From Bdellovibrionia bacterium (GTDB taxonomy: Bacteria; Bdellovibrionota; UBA1018): DNA of 25,331 bases. This document shows positions 17,164 to 25,331 of this stretch, in pieces. The stretch spans positions 1-25,331 of the forward strand of contig JBJMMA010000048.1 in assembly GCA_045805065.1 (NCBI GenBank), read 5' to 3'. The notes beneath the pieces were generated by a model that searched no databases, had not been told where the DNA came from, and was given only the letters and a program-made list of their open reading frames with translations. Every line of letters starts with the position of its first letter. Position 1 is the first letter of the stretch. Both the position numbers and the translations under genes were made by a program.

Positions 17164-17373
17164 ATGAGAAACGCGAAGTCTGAAACAAAGTTGGCGGCCG
17201 CAAAGGCAGCAGCAAAAATCGCAGCGAGAGTCACAGCAAAAAGACTTCGTCCTGTTCTCGCTCGAGCCGATGATGGCCTATTTGCTGTTCAAAGTGTCAT
17301 CGCCTCAGGTCTCCTGCTCCTCATGAGCGCGGGCTGTAAGATTGCGACACAACTTCATCCTCCAGATATATAG
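17164..17373 (+). CDS. Small basic hypothetical protein (69 aa) with a hydrophobic C-terminal segment
   Basis: Strong SD AAGGAGG at 17148-17154 and a + strand intrinsic terminator 10 nt after the stop. No family recognised. Confidence 0.45.
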   Translation: MRNAKSETKLAAAKAAAKIAARVTAKRLRPVLARADDGLFAVQSVIASGLLLLMSAGCKIATQLHPPDI

Positions 17374-17383
17374 AATAAAACTC

Positions 17384-17416
17384 AAAAGCTCAGGTCGAAA
17401 GACCTGGGCTTTTTTT
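17384..17416 (+). terminator. Intrinsic terminator, probably bidirectional
   Basis: AAAAGCTCAGGTC-GAAA-GACCTGGGC-TTTTTTT lies between the small ORF and the convergent VOC gene. Confidence 0.85.
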
Positions 17417-18023
17417 ATGCCGCTGACTCTTCTCCCGACTGCTCACGAAAGAGATAGTCAGCGTACCATTCCGGCCAGTTCTCATCCCTCTGCCCCACGC
17501 TCTCCTCGTATCTGCCATGAGCAGCAGCAGCGCGTCGAAGTGCATCGGCTAACCCGCTTCGCGAAGCAAACATTGCTTCTGAATCAATTCGTCCAGGACG
17601 CCGCTGCGTAACTTCTTGAATCAACCATCGATAGCCGTCAGGATCGCTGAACGTCAAAAGATTGAAATAGCTTCGCCGCTCGGGGTCTGGTCCGGTGAGA
17701 AGCCCCCCACGATCACCAGAATGAAACACCTGACCAACCCCAACGCCGTGGTTCATCAGATCTTTGCGTGCGGCTTCGATGTCCGACACGACAAGGTAGT
17801 TTGCCTGAGACCAGCCTGTAACCGGCGACGCGACTGCATTGCCCTTGACCAAGTGGATGGAGCACGGCGAACCCGGAGGCGTCAACTGAACGACCCGAAA
17901 GCCCTCTCCCAAAACACCATAGACCCCATCCGCGTCAAGGCGCCAACCCAAGCGAGTGTAGAAATCTTTTGAGCGATCAAGATCAGCAACGGGCAACACA
18001 ACGACTTCCAATTTCATGTCCAT
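17415..18023 (-). CDS. VOC family (glyoxalase/bleomycin resistance) protein with C-terminal extension
   Basis: KLEVVVLPVADLDRSKDFY, VVQLTPPGS.CSI, LVVSDIEAAR, FSDPDG..WLIQE, followed by a LADALRRAAAAHG...WPEWYADY tail. Confidence 0.9.
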   Translation of the reverse strand: MDMKLEVVVLPVADLDRSKDFYTRLGWRLDADGVYGVLGEGFRVVQLTPPGSPCSIHLVKGNAVASPVTGWSQANYLVVSDIEAARKDLMNHGVGVGQVFHSGDRGGLLTGPDPERRSYFNLLTFSDPDGYRWLIQEVTQRRPGRIDSEAMFASRSGLADALRRAAAAHGRYEESVGQRDENWPEWYADYLFREQSGEESAA

Positions 18024-18080
18024 ATCCGTATTTGTGCAACCTCTATTCCCGGCACAGAAATTCCATCTGCCTTCGGGATA

Positions 18081-18974
18081 ATGAAAAAGAAACCCATTCT
18101 AGTAACAGGGGTCGGTGGAAATGTTGGCGGAGTGGGACAGAAGATAGTGGACAATCTGCTACAGGCAGGCGAACAGGTCCGCGCTTTTGTCCGACATCCT
18201 AATCCTGTCGCCTCGGAGCTCGAACGCAATGGCGCCGAGATTGTCAGTGGCGATCTTACAGATCTACATGACGTTCATCGCGCCCTAAAGGACTGTGAGC
18301 GAATATACTTCGGAATGGGGGTTTCTGAGAAATATCTTGAGGCGACGGTAAACGTTGCCGCAGTGGCCAAGTACTACGGCGTCAAAGCATTCGTGAATAT
18401 CTCCCAGATGACCGTTTCTCAAATGTCCATCACGGAGACCACTTCAAGCACGCAGCAAAAACTCCAATGGCTTTCGGAACAAGTCTTGAACTGGTCTGGA
18501 CTTCCGGTGGTGCATGTTCGACCAACGGCATTCATCGAAACACTTTTTCTCTTGTCTCAATCGGCAATCAAGAACAGGAGCGAACTGAGACTGCCTTTTG
18601 GAAAAGGCAAAACTTCGCCTATCGCGGCAAACGATGTTGCGTTTGCCTTGAGCACGATACTTCTGAATCCCGGGCCTCACGTTGGTAAAGTCTATGAGCT
18701 CACGGGACCTACATCCGAAACTTTGGATCAGGTCGCCAAAGAGTTATCACAAGGCTTAAAAAAAGAGCTTACCTACGTTGATCCCCCCTTGGATGAGTGG
18801 AGTCAGAGAGAACTTGCTCCCACAGGCCTTCCCCTTCATACGCGGCAGCACCTCGAAACCATGGCAGTGCTGCATCAGCAGAACCGGTACGATCGCTACA
18901 CCAAAGACTTCAAGGCGATCACCGGAAGAGATCCTATCAGCATAGAGAAATGGGCCACTTCATATCCAATATAA
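18081..18974 (+). CDS. NmrA-family NAD(P)H-binding protein (atypical SDR)
   Basis: Rossmann motif ILVTGVGGNVGGVG, VRAFVR, GDLTD, HVRPT.F, SPIAA.DVA, YELTGP. Confidence 0.9.
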   Translation: MKKKPILVTGVGGNVGGVGQKIVDNLLQAGEQVRAFVRHPNPVASELERNGAEIVSGDLTDLHDVHRALKDCERIYFGMGVSEKYLEATVNVAAVAKYYGVKAFVNISQMTVSQMSITETTSSTQQKLQWLSEQVLNWSGLPVVHVRPTAFIETLFLLSQSAIKNRSELRLPFGKGKTSPIAANDVAFALSTILLNPGPHVGKVYELTGPTSETLDQVAKELSQGLKKELTYVDPPLDEWSQRELAPTGLPLHTRQHLETMAVLHQQNRYDRYTKDFKAITGRDPISIEKWATSYPI

Positions 18975-19071
18975 ATGCCTACCCGCCTAGAGCAGTGGAC
19001 TCCAATCGGTATTTTCAATACAATCTATATAATTTCTATAAAAGTCAGGCAAACATCATGAATAGGCATCC

Positions 19072-20985
19072 ATGCAGACTAAAATAGCGAACTTGACCGC
19101 GGAACTTGAGTTCCTCCGTTCCACGATGGATGAGCTGGGCGCGGGAGTTACCAAACTTTCCCTGGATGGCAAGGTCCTTTGGGCTAACCCGGCCTATTGC
19201 AAGCTCCTGGGCTACTCGCCTGAAGAAATCATTGGACTCAGTATCCAAGAGACGTCTTTACCTGAGGACCTGCCTTTGCAACTTAAAGCCATTGAGGAAT
19301 TGACCTTAGGAAGGCGCGATAGCTTCTCCATGGATAAGCGCTATCGTCGCAAGGACGGGACTTTTTTCTGGGCTCACTTCGTTACTAAACTTCAACGCGA
19401 CAAAGACGGGCAGCCTACGAACTTTCTCACCATGGTCCAGGACATCCATGCTCGCAAGGAAGCAGAAATCCAGCTTCAGAAGAGCGAAAGGCAACTAGCC
19501 GAGTCGCAACGAATCGCTCATCTTGGGAGCTGGGAACGCGATGTGGCGACAGAAACCTACGTGTGGTCCGACGAAACCTATCGCATTTTCGGATTTGAGC
19601 CAGGTCAGATCAAGCCCACTGTAGCCCTGGTAGCTGGCATGATTCATTCTGACGATCGAGACGCTCGCTCAAGACTCGTGAAAGCATCGTACTCCAAGCC
19701 TGGGTCTTATTCCAACACTTGTCGTATCATTCGTCACTCAGACGGCGCCGTGCGGGTGATCCGCGCGCACGCGAACTATGAGTGCACGCCGGAGGGCACT
19801 CCTCTCCGGATCTACGGCACTACTCAGGACATCACCGGGCTTATGGAAAACGAATCAGCTCGTGAAAGGTCTGAAAGCCTTCTCAATCTCGTCCTGGATG
19901 CAGTGCCTGGACTCGTTTCTTATATCGACCAGGATCTTTGTTACCGCTTTGCCAACCAGACTTATAAAAAGTGGTTCGACATGGAGCCTCAGTCTCTTGC
20001 TGGAAAGCACATGGCGCAGGTTTTAGGACCTGAGGCATTTGAAATGGTCCTTCCGCGCTTTCAACGAGTTCTCAACGGCGAAACAGTGGAATGGGAAGGA
20101 CAATTGCCGTTTCAATACGGTGGCACACGCGATGTGCGGTCCATTTATATTCCTGATTGGAATCCCGACGGCGACGTTCACGGTATTATTGTCCTCACCA
20201 TGGACGTGACTTCCGTCAAAGAAGGAGAAAAGCTCATCGCTCAGCAGCGAGAACGCCTCACGCAGTCCGCCCGACTTGCGGCCCTGGGAGAGATGGCGAG
20301 TGGAATCGCACACGAAATCAACAATCCCCTTTCCATCATCTTTGCTCGTGCCGAGATCCTGAAGGACACGGCAAATCGTGGCACGCTTGACCCTGAAAAA
20401 GTGGCCAAATGGGCCGAAAAGTTTTTGGACACGGCAATCAAGATTTCCAAGATCGTCAAATCCATCCGCGCGATTTCGCGAAACGGAGATGGCGATCCGT
20501 TCGAGCCTACCTCAATCCGTTCCATCTTTGATGATATGGCTGAGCTTTGCGCCGGACGATTCATCAAAGAGCAGATTCGATTTCAAATCGAATTGAAAGT
20601 TCAGGACCTTGTCCTTGAGAGTCGCCAAGTTCAGCTGGGACAAGTCATTCTCAACCTTCTCAATAATGCGTGCGATGCCGCCATGCAAAGCCAGGATCGC
20701 TGGATCAGACTTGAGGCCAAAGATCTCGGTGACACCATCGAGATCTCGGTTGCCGACAGCGGTCCAGGGATCTCGCCTGAGCTTGAGCAGAAAATCTTTC
20801 TTGCCTTCTTTACTACAAAGCCTGTGGGCCAAGGCACAGGCCTTGGTCTGAGCCTGTCTCAAAACATCGTGCGCGCACATCGCGGGTCTTTGAAACTGGA
20901 TCGTTCAACCCCGCATACTCGCTTTCTCATCACTCTGCCGAAACGGCAGTCACAGTACGCCGAGGGAATCTCGAGTCTGGCCTAG
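19072..20985 (+). CDS. Cytoplasmic multi-PAS sensor histidine kinase (NtrB-like core)
   Basis: Three PAS/PAC units (NPAYCKLLGY...RKDG; GSWE.D..WSDE.YRIFG; YRFANQTY..WF). H-box GIAHEINNPL, N-box NLLNNACDA, DSGPGI, FFTTKPVGQGTGLGL. No transmembrane segment seen. Confidence 0.93.
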   Translation: MQTKIANLTAELEFLRSTMDELGAGVTKLSLDGKVLWANPAYCKLLGYSPEEIIGLSIQETSLPEDLPLQLKAIEELTLGRRDSFSMDKRYRRKDGTFFWAHFVTKLQRDKDGQPTNFLTMVQDIHARKEAEIQLQKSERQLAESQRIAHLGSWERDVATETYVWSDETYRIFGFEPGQIKPTVALVAGMIHSDDRDARSRLVKASYSKPGSYSNTCRIIRHSDGAVRVIRAHANYECTPEGTPLRIYGTTQDITGLMENESARERSESLLNLVLDAVPGLVSYIDQDLCYRFANQTYKKWFDMEPQSLAGKHMAQVLGPEAFEMVLPRFQRVLNGETVEWEGQLPFQYGGTRDVRSIYIPDWNPDGDVHGIIVLTMDVTSVKEGEKLIAQQRERLTQSARLAALGEMASGIAHEINNPLSIIFARAEILKDTANRGTLDPEKVAKWAEKFLDTAIKISKIVKSIRAISRNGDGDPFEPTSIRSIFDDMAELCAGRFIKEQIRFQIELKVQDLVLESRQVQLGQVILNLLNNACDAAMQSQDRWIRLEAKDLGDTIEISVADSGPGISPELEQKIFLAFFTTKPVGQGTGLGLSLSQNIVRAHRGSLKLDRSTPHTRFLITLPKRQSQYAEGISSLA

Positions 20986-21015
20986 CTCGCGAAGCATCGA
21001 GCGATCTTAACTCCC

Positions 21016-22932
21016 TCATGCAGCATGGGCTTGCTGATACTTACTCTCCGGCAGTAGCCTTGGCACTTTGAAAGTGAAGGTCGAACCGGCTCCAGGATCG
21101 CTTTTGACAGTCAAGGTACCACTGTGACGTAGTATGATGATACGCGCCAAATAAAGCCCAAGCCCCAGACCACCTTCTGGATTGATCGCGCCGACTCTCT
21201 CGAACTTATCGAAAACCTTAAGTTGGTCTTCTTTTTTGATCCCGATTCCATGGTCAGTCACCGATACTTCTATCCACTGGCCTGACTCGCGGACATCGAT
21301 CTCGATAGGCGCTCCCTTCCCGTACTTAATGGCATTGCTCAGAAGGTTTGTCAGGACTTGTTCCATTTGCGAACGATCCCAGCGCACGAGGACAGACGCA
21401 GGACCTCGCACAGTCAGCACGCAACCGGTTTGTTCGAGCTGCGGGAGGTACTGAAAACGCATATCTTCAAGCTTGCTCATCAAATCAAATTCCTGCAGCT
21501 CCAGGTGCGATCCACTGACCGGAACCTGTGACGCATCCAGCAGATTTCTAATGATCTTGGAGAAACGCTCGATTTCAGCAGAAGAAATACGAGTCATCCG
21601 CAGAAGCTTCTCACTTGAGTAGTTACAGAGAGCACCAGCCTCCGCGAGATGATGAATCAGATTGATTTGAAGACGAAGTGACGTCAAAGGGGTTCTCAGC
21701 TCATGGGCCGCAATGGAAATGAACTCATTGCGAGCCTGGACAGACTCTTGAAGCATTTGGCGGGCCCGTTCAAGGCTTTTGACAGTTTTCATCCGAGCCC
21801 GCGATTGCAGCCAAAGCGCGCTTCCGACCGCAAGAGCTCCACTCAATGTCAGCCCCAACATCACAAGGACCAACGCGCGGGTGATAGAATAGGAGCGGTA
21901 AGCCTCGTCCACATCGATTTCAGTAACCAGGCCCAAATTGAGGACCGGATCCCAAAGCCATGCACCGACTACCTCAACCCCGCGATAGTCGCGATACCCA
22001 TCCAGATCAACACCCCGCTGATGCTTTAAAGCCGACTCGGCCATTTTCGTGAAAGGCTGATTTTCGCGAGGAAGCGCGGCTCTCTGCCCTTCAAGCAGAT
22101 TGACTTTCGGATCCTTAAGCTGCACATGCAGAATCGCGGACTCTCCCGGCTGTAAGAGTCCGGATCGAACAAGCGAGCTTTCAAAGCGACTATTGGTCAC
22201 CAGGTACCCAGCCTGATCAAAAGCATAGGTCTCGCCCGTGGTCCCAAGTCGTCCAAGCTGAGTCGTTCTCGTGAGGTTTTCGGCCGGGTCCAGGAGAAAT
22301 CCTAGGAACGCGATGGCATTCCCATTTGATAAAACGGGAGCAAGAGCCACTGAGAGAATGGGTTGGCCAGGAATCAGATTGTCACTCTGCCGAAAAGGAG
22401 GGATCAATACTGGCTCTCGCATTCCAACGCTCATGTCGTTCATTGAGTCTTTTGTATTTTGTGCGCTTGCCAGGGATCCTACAAGAGAGCGACCATCTCT
22501 TCCCACAAGACGCTCGTGGCTTGCAGACAGGATGCGCCCCTGGAGATCCATTATAAAATATCCCAAATAACCGTTTGCCTTAACGGTTGTGTTCAACTCA
22601 GCAGCAAGCCGAAGATGCGACTCACTTTTGAGGAGCGCTCCACGAGCGGCACCTTCCGCAACGGACCGCGAAATCCGGAGCTGGCTTGCGACATTCCTTT
22701 TCGTTTCCTTGACGTTCGCCCAAAGAAGAACCCGCTTTTCGGTCTCATTCACCCAGATATCCAATGCATTCTGGGTCGCACTCAATACTGTCTGCAGATC
22801 ATCTCTCAGATCCCTCCGGGTCTGATCCCGGATACCCTTCATTCCAAAAAACACGGCCATGAGAACGATCGTAACTGTCAGAAAAAAGAAGATACTGAAA
22901 AGCACCTTTGTAGGCGTGCGTTTGCCCAGCAT
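21016..22932 (-). CDS. Membrane-bound sensor histidine kinase with periplasmic Cache-like domain
   Basis: Two hydrophobic segments flank the periplasmic region (GETYAFD..G....SRF; GYRDYRG.EVVGAW). H-box AAHELRTPL, NLLSNAIKY, DHGIGI, GLGLGL. Confidence 0.93.
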   Translation of the reverse strand: MLGKRTPTKVLFSIFFFLTVTIVLMAVFFGMKGIRDQTRRDLRDDLQTVLSATQNALDIWVNETEKRVLLWANVKETKRNVASQLRISRSVAEGAARGALLKSESHLRLAAELNTTVKANGYLGYFIMDLQGRILSASHERLVGRDGRSLVGSLASAQNTKDSMNDMSVGMREPVLIPPFRQSDNLIPGQPILSVALAPVLSNGNAIAFLGFLLDPAENLTRTTQLGRLGTTGETYAFDQAGYLVTNSRFESSLVRSGLLQPGESAILHVQLKDPKVNLLEGQRAALPRENQPFTKMAESALKHQRGVDLDGYRDYRGVEVVGAWLWDPVLNLGLVTEIDVDEAYRSYSITRALVLVMLGLTLSGALAVGSALWLQSRARMKTVKSLERARQMLQESVQARNEFISIAAHELRTPLTSLRLQINLIHHLAEAGALCNYSSEKLLRMTRISSAEIERFSKIIRNLLDASQVPVSGSHLELQEFDLMSKLEDMRFQYLPQLEQTGCVLTVRGPASVLVRWDRSQMEQVLTNLLSNAIKYGKGAPIEIDVRESGQWIEVSVTDHGIGIKKEDQLKVFDKFERVGAINPEGGLGLGLYLARIIILRHSGTLTVKSDPGAGSTFTFKVPRLLPESKYQQAHAA

Positions 22933-23004
22933 TAGACACAGAAAGCTACGAAAACCATACCAGCCCTGAAACTTCGCGGTCGCTTGATCAATCTCGGTCA
23001 GACC

Positions 23005-23829
23005 TCAATTGCAGGCGACAGAACTAAAGCGAGATTGAAGCGCTTTGCAGGTATCCGACACTTCTGAAGCAGTGAGCGCCCGATCATAAACGGCGAGCCA
23101 ATTCACCGCTCCCGTGAAATAGTCAAAAGCCGCGCCGCCGCTTCGCCCGATCGTGAACGAGTTGGCTGTCACGCCGTAACTGGGCGCCGACGCCCGGTCG
23201 TAGGGGGTTCCATTCAGATAGATGATGATATCCGTAGCCGTGAAGACGACAGCAAGGTTCTGCCACTGTCCCTGGGTATAGGTGACCGGCGTATAAGTCG
23301 TTGGAGCAGAAGGTCCGGTAAAGACTCCCCAATTGCCCGAGCCATCAGTCAGGATGCTGCGATTGAACGCGCCCCCATGATTATCGATCGACATGAGGTG
23401 CGAGAACGACCCTGAGCCCGGCTTGACCCAAGCAACCCAGGTCGTGGACGGCATGGTGTTGGACTGAGTATTGAGGCTTGTTGCCACATAAGTGCTCGTG
23501 CCGTTGAAACTCACGGCGTAAGGATTTGCTGTCGTACCCGCGCCAGTGAATCCTCCCCCTCCTGCGCAATTCAGGGTTCCGTTATGATTTCCGCCGGAAA
23601 GATCCACCCAAGTCGTGGATGCGCAGGATGAGGCAGGAGTCGATCCGTTAGCGGAGAAATCATTCGCATCCAATAGAAGCTTTGCGCCCGAAGCAATCAG
23701 GGGCGACGTACTGCTCGTGGAGTTTCCGGAAGTCGTCTCCAACAAAACCGGATCAGACGGAAACCCCGGACCGCAGCTTGAGGTCAGCAGCATAGGCAAC
23801 AAAGAGAAAGCGATTTGAGAGAATTTCAT
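23005..23829 (-). CDS. LamG / concanavalin A-like jellyroll lipoprotein
   Basis: Lipobox LTSS-C, then LLLDA, W.DLSG...GTL, FNGTSTYV, TW.AWVKP, W.NLAVV, IYLNG, F.G.V....VYDRALT..EV. Confidence 0.88.
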   Translation of the reverse strand: MKFSQIAFSLLPMLLTSSCGPGFPSDPVLLETTSGNSTSSTSPLIASGAKLLLDANDFSANGSTPASSCASTTWVDLSGGNHNGTLNCAGGGGFTGAGTTANPYAVSFNGTSTYVATSLNTQSNTMPSTTWVAWVKPGSGSFSHLMSIDNHGGAFNRSILTDGSGNWGVFTGPSAPTTYTPVTYTQGQWQNLAVVFTATDIIIYLNGTPYDRASAPSYGVTANSFTIGRSGGAAFDYFTGAVNWLAVYDRALTASEVSDTCKALQSRFSSVACN

Positions 23830-24638
23830 AAAGTAAATCCAGCACCGATCCTGATTTCATGAGCCGTGATGCTTTGAAATACCGGCGTGTAATCCAATAC
23901 CACGCGTTCAAGAAAGTGAAAAACGGGCTGCGGCAATCGGTAAGACACTCCCGTTCCGACCATCAGAGCAGTTTTGTAAGGCGACTTGAACCAGGACTGA
24001 GCCCCCAGCAGCAGTTCAGTTGACCATTTATCCGTCCACACGTACTCGCCCCGTGCAGCGTACTCAGCCGCAAGGAAACGGGAACCCGAGCGGCTTTTAA
24101 GCCCGGTCAGGCCGAGATCCAGACCCGCCTGGGCGCGCCCGTTGAGAAATACGTAGGAAGGAACCCAATTCACAATTCCTGTGTAAACATTGTTACCGTT
24201 TGAGGCCAGAACCGGCATGAACGAGGCTCGGAAGGATCGCAACTCAGACTTAGACCTGCTCTCGCCTCCTGAGATCGTGACGGCGGGCGCCGTTGGGACC
24301 AATGGGGAGTTTTGCGACTCTTTAGGCAACTCTTCTGACAGGTTCACCATATCCTGGCGGATGAAGAGGCCACGATATGCCTCAGGGCTCACGATCTCAA
24401 GCCAGTCTTTCTCGGAAGAATCCCGGACCTCAAGAGCTGCGCCCTGAGAGAGCTTTTTGGAAGCCTTGGAAGCTTTCACACTCGGTTTTGTGCGAAGATT
24501 GACAGAGTCCTTTTCAACTTTTGCCTGATAGAGCGATGTCCCTTCTTTGGCGGAGAACACGGATGCCGCAAACACAGGACTTACCATGCTGGAAAATAGA
24601 AATAGCGTCGTAGATAAACGAGCGATGCTGCTGATCAT
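23826..24638 (-). CDS. Exported protein with bacterial SH3-like domain and probable C-terminal outer-membrane beta-barrel
   Basis: Signal ending VFA. SH3b pattern VNLRTKPS...L.QG..LEV....DWLEI......G.FI. A linker is followed by alternating amphipathic strands ending HEIRIGAGFTL. ATGA overlap with the LamG gene. Confidence 0.75.
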   Translation of the reverse strand: MISSIARLSTTLFLFSSMVSPVFAASVFSAKEGTSLYQAKVEKDSVNLRTKPSVKASKASKKLSQGAALEVRDSSEKDWLEIVSPEAYRGLFIRQDMVNLSEELPKESQNSPLVPTAPAVTISGGESRSKSELRSFRASFMPVLASNGNNVYTGIVNWVPSYVFLNGRAQAGLDLGLTGLKSRSGSRFLAAEYAARGEYVWTDKWSTELLLGAQSWFKSPYKTALMVGTGVSYRLPQPVFHFLERVVLDYTPVFQSITAHEIRIGAGFTL

Positions 24639-24752
24639 ATCTTTGAGGATAAACCGGAACGGCTAATCATCAAGTGATCCCGCGCAGCCGATGCCTCATT
24701 CACAATTATTTCACAAAAGCCGTGTAAGAAATTAGGTCAGCCCCCTATCCTG

Positions 24753-24800
24753 AACTGGTCTGCAATAGAAAGCCGGGAACCAATTGCAGAGGATCCAGTT
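24753..24800. repeat. Imperfect inverted repeat / hairpin in the intergenic region
   Basis: AACTGG.TCTGCAAT (24753-24766) pairs with ATTGCAGA.ggat.CCAGTT (24783-24800). Confidence 0.6.
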
Positions 24801-25043
24801 GAAAAGCAGGGTCAAATCGCAACTAAAAAAGCAATACAGGACCAGAGACAAATCGCTCCTTGCGATGCATCATTTCGCGCGTCATTTTATTTCTCCTGTA
24901 AATCTGAACATTTAAAAATGACGCTGAATCGAGTAATTCGGCATCCTGATTGCACAGGCAGCCACAACATAGTTTTGTAGAAACTTTTTCGGCTGAAGTA
25001 TAAGGGTCGAAATCAAAGACTTACAGTCTTAAGGAGAACAGAA

Positions 25044-25331
25044 ATGAAAGCAATTCGTAAGATTACCGTGTTGTCTACCGCTGCATTGATCGTCAGCTCA
25101 TTTGCTGCAACTGGCAGCTTCGCTGATCGCGGTTACCATGGTGGTTATCACAACGGTTATCATGGCGGTTACCACGACGGCGTGGGTGACGGCTTTTCTG
25201 CCGCATTGGCAAGCGTTTTTCTAAGCTTGGCTACTTCGGACAACAATCCCTATGATGCAGACACTTTGATTCAAGCTGCTGCGATCTATGAAACGGATGG
25301 CATCAACACGCCGGTATTTGAATCGTTCGTC
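25044..25331 (+). CDS. Secreted hypothetical protein with GYH repeats, 3'-truncated by the window edge
   Basis: Not in the ORF track because it has no stop in the window. SD AAGGAG at 25031-25036. Reads MKAIRKITVLSTAALIVSSFAATGSFA-DRGYHGGYHNGYHGGYHDG...; the frame stays open to the end. Confidence 0.8.
   Translation, partial: MKAIRKITVLSTAALIVSSFAATGSFADRGYHGGYHNGYHGGYHDGVGDGFSAALASVFLSLATSDNNPYDADTLIQAAAIYETDGINTPVFESFV

Noticed and set aside
17142..17190. Hammerhead-like CTGATGA...GAAA words
   Set aside because: Stem II does not pair properly after CTGATGA, and there is no stem III with a UH cleavage site.
17155..17215. c-di-GMP-I riboswitch resemblance (GGCAA...CGCAAAG)
   Set aside because: It lacks the GGCAAAC/GNRA hairpin/GACGCAAAGC arrangement. 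An Rfam scan would be needed to overturn this.

Overview
Bacterial chromosomal window of moderate GC, gene-dense and rich in envelope and exported proteins. The N-terminal domain of the two fibre proteins and the overall gene content suggest a Bdellovibrionota/Oligoflexia-like organism (inference). In order it holds: a 5'-truncated ChrR-type NAD(P)H-dependent FMN reductase; a secreted protein with an intact atypical protein-kinase-like motif set; a four-gene exported operon of unknown function (mono-heme c DUF1588/DUF1585-like protein, lipoprotein, Tat-exported DUF1501-like protein, di-heme c lipoprotein); an OmpA-family lipoprotein; a 5'-nucleotidase; PaiB; two tandem paralogous collagen-stalked fibre proteins with a shared N-terminus and unrelated tips; a beta-helix lipoprotein on a Pro/Ser/Thr tether; a structured small-ORF locus; a VOC/NmrA divergent pair; two convergent histidine kinases with no response regulator in the window; a LamG lipoprotein plus SH3/beta-barrel pair; and a 3'-truncated secreted protein with GYH repeats. 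No rRNA, tRNA, CRISPR array, integrase or intact transposase was seen. The best candidate for an undescribed system is the heme c/Tat operon (1901-6873), followed by the modular fibre pair (10396-15089). All family names come from motif recognition by eye, not from database searches.
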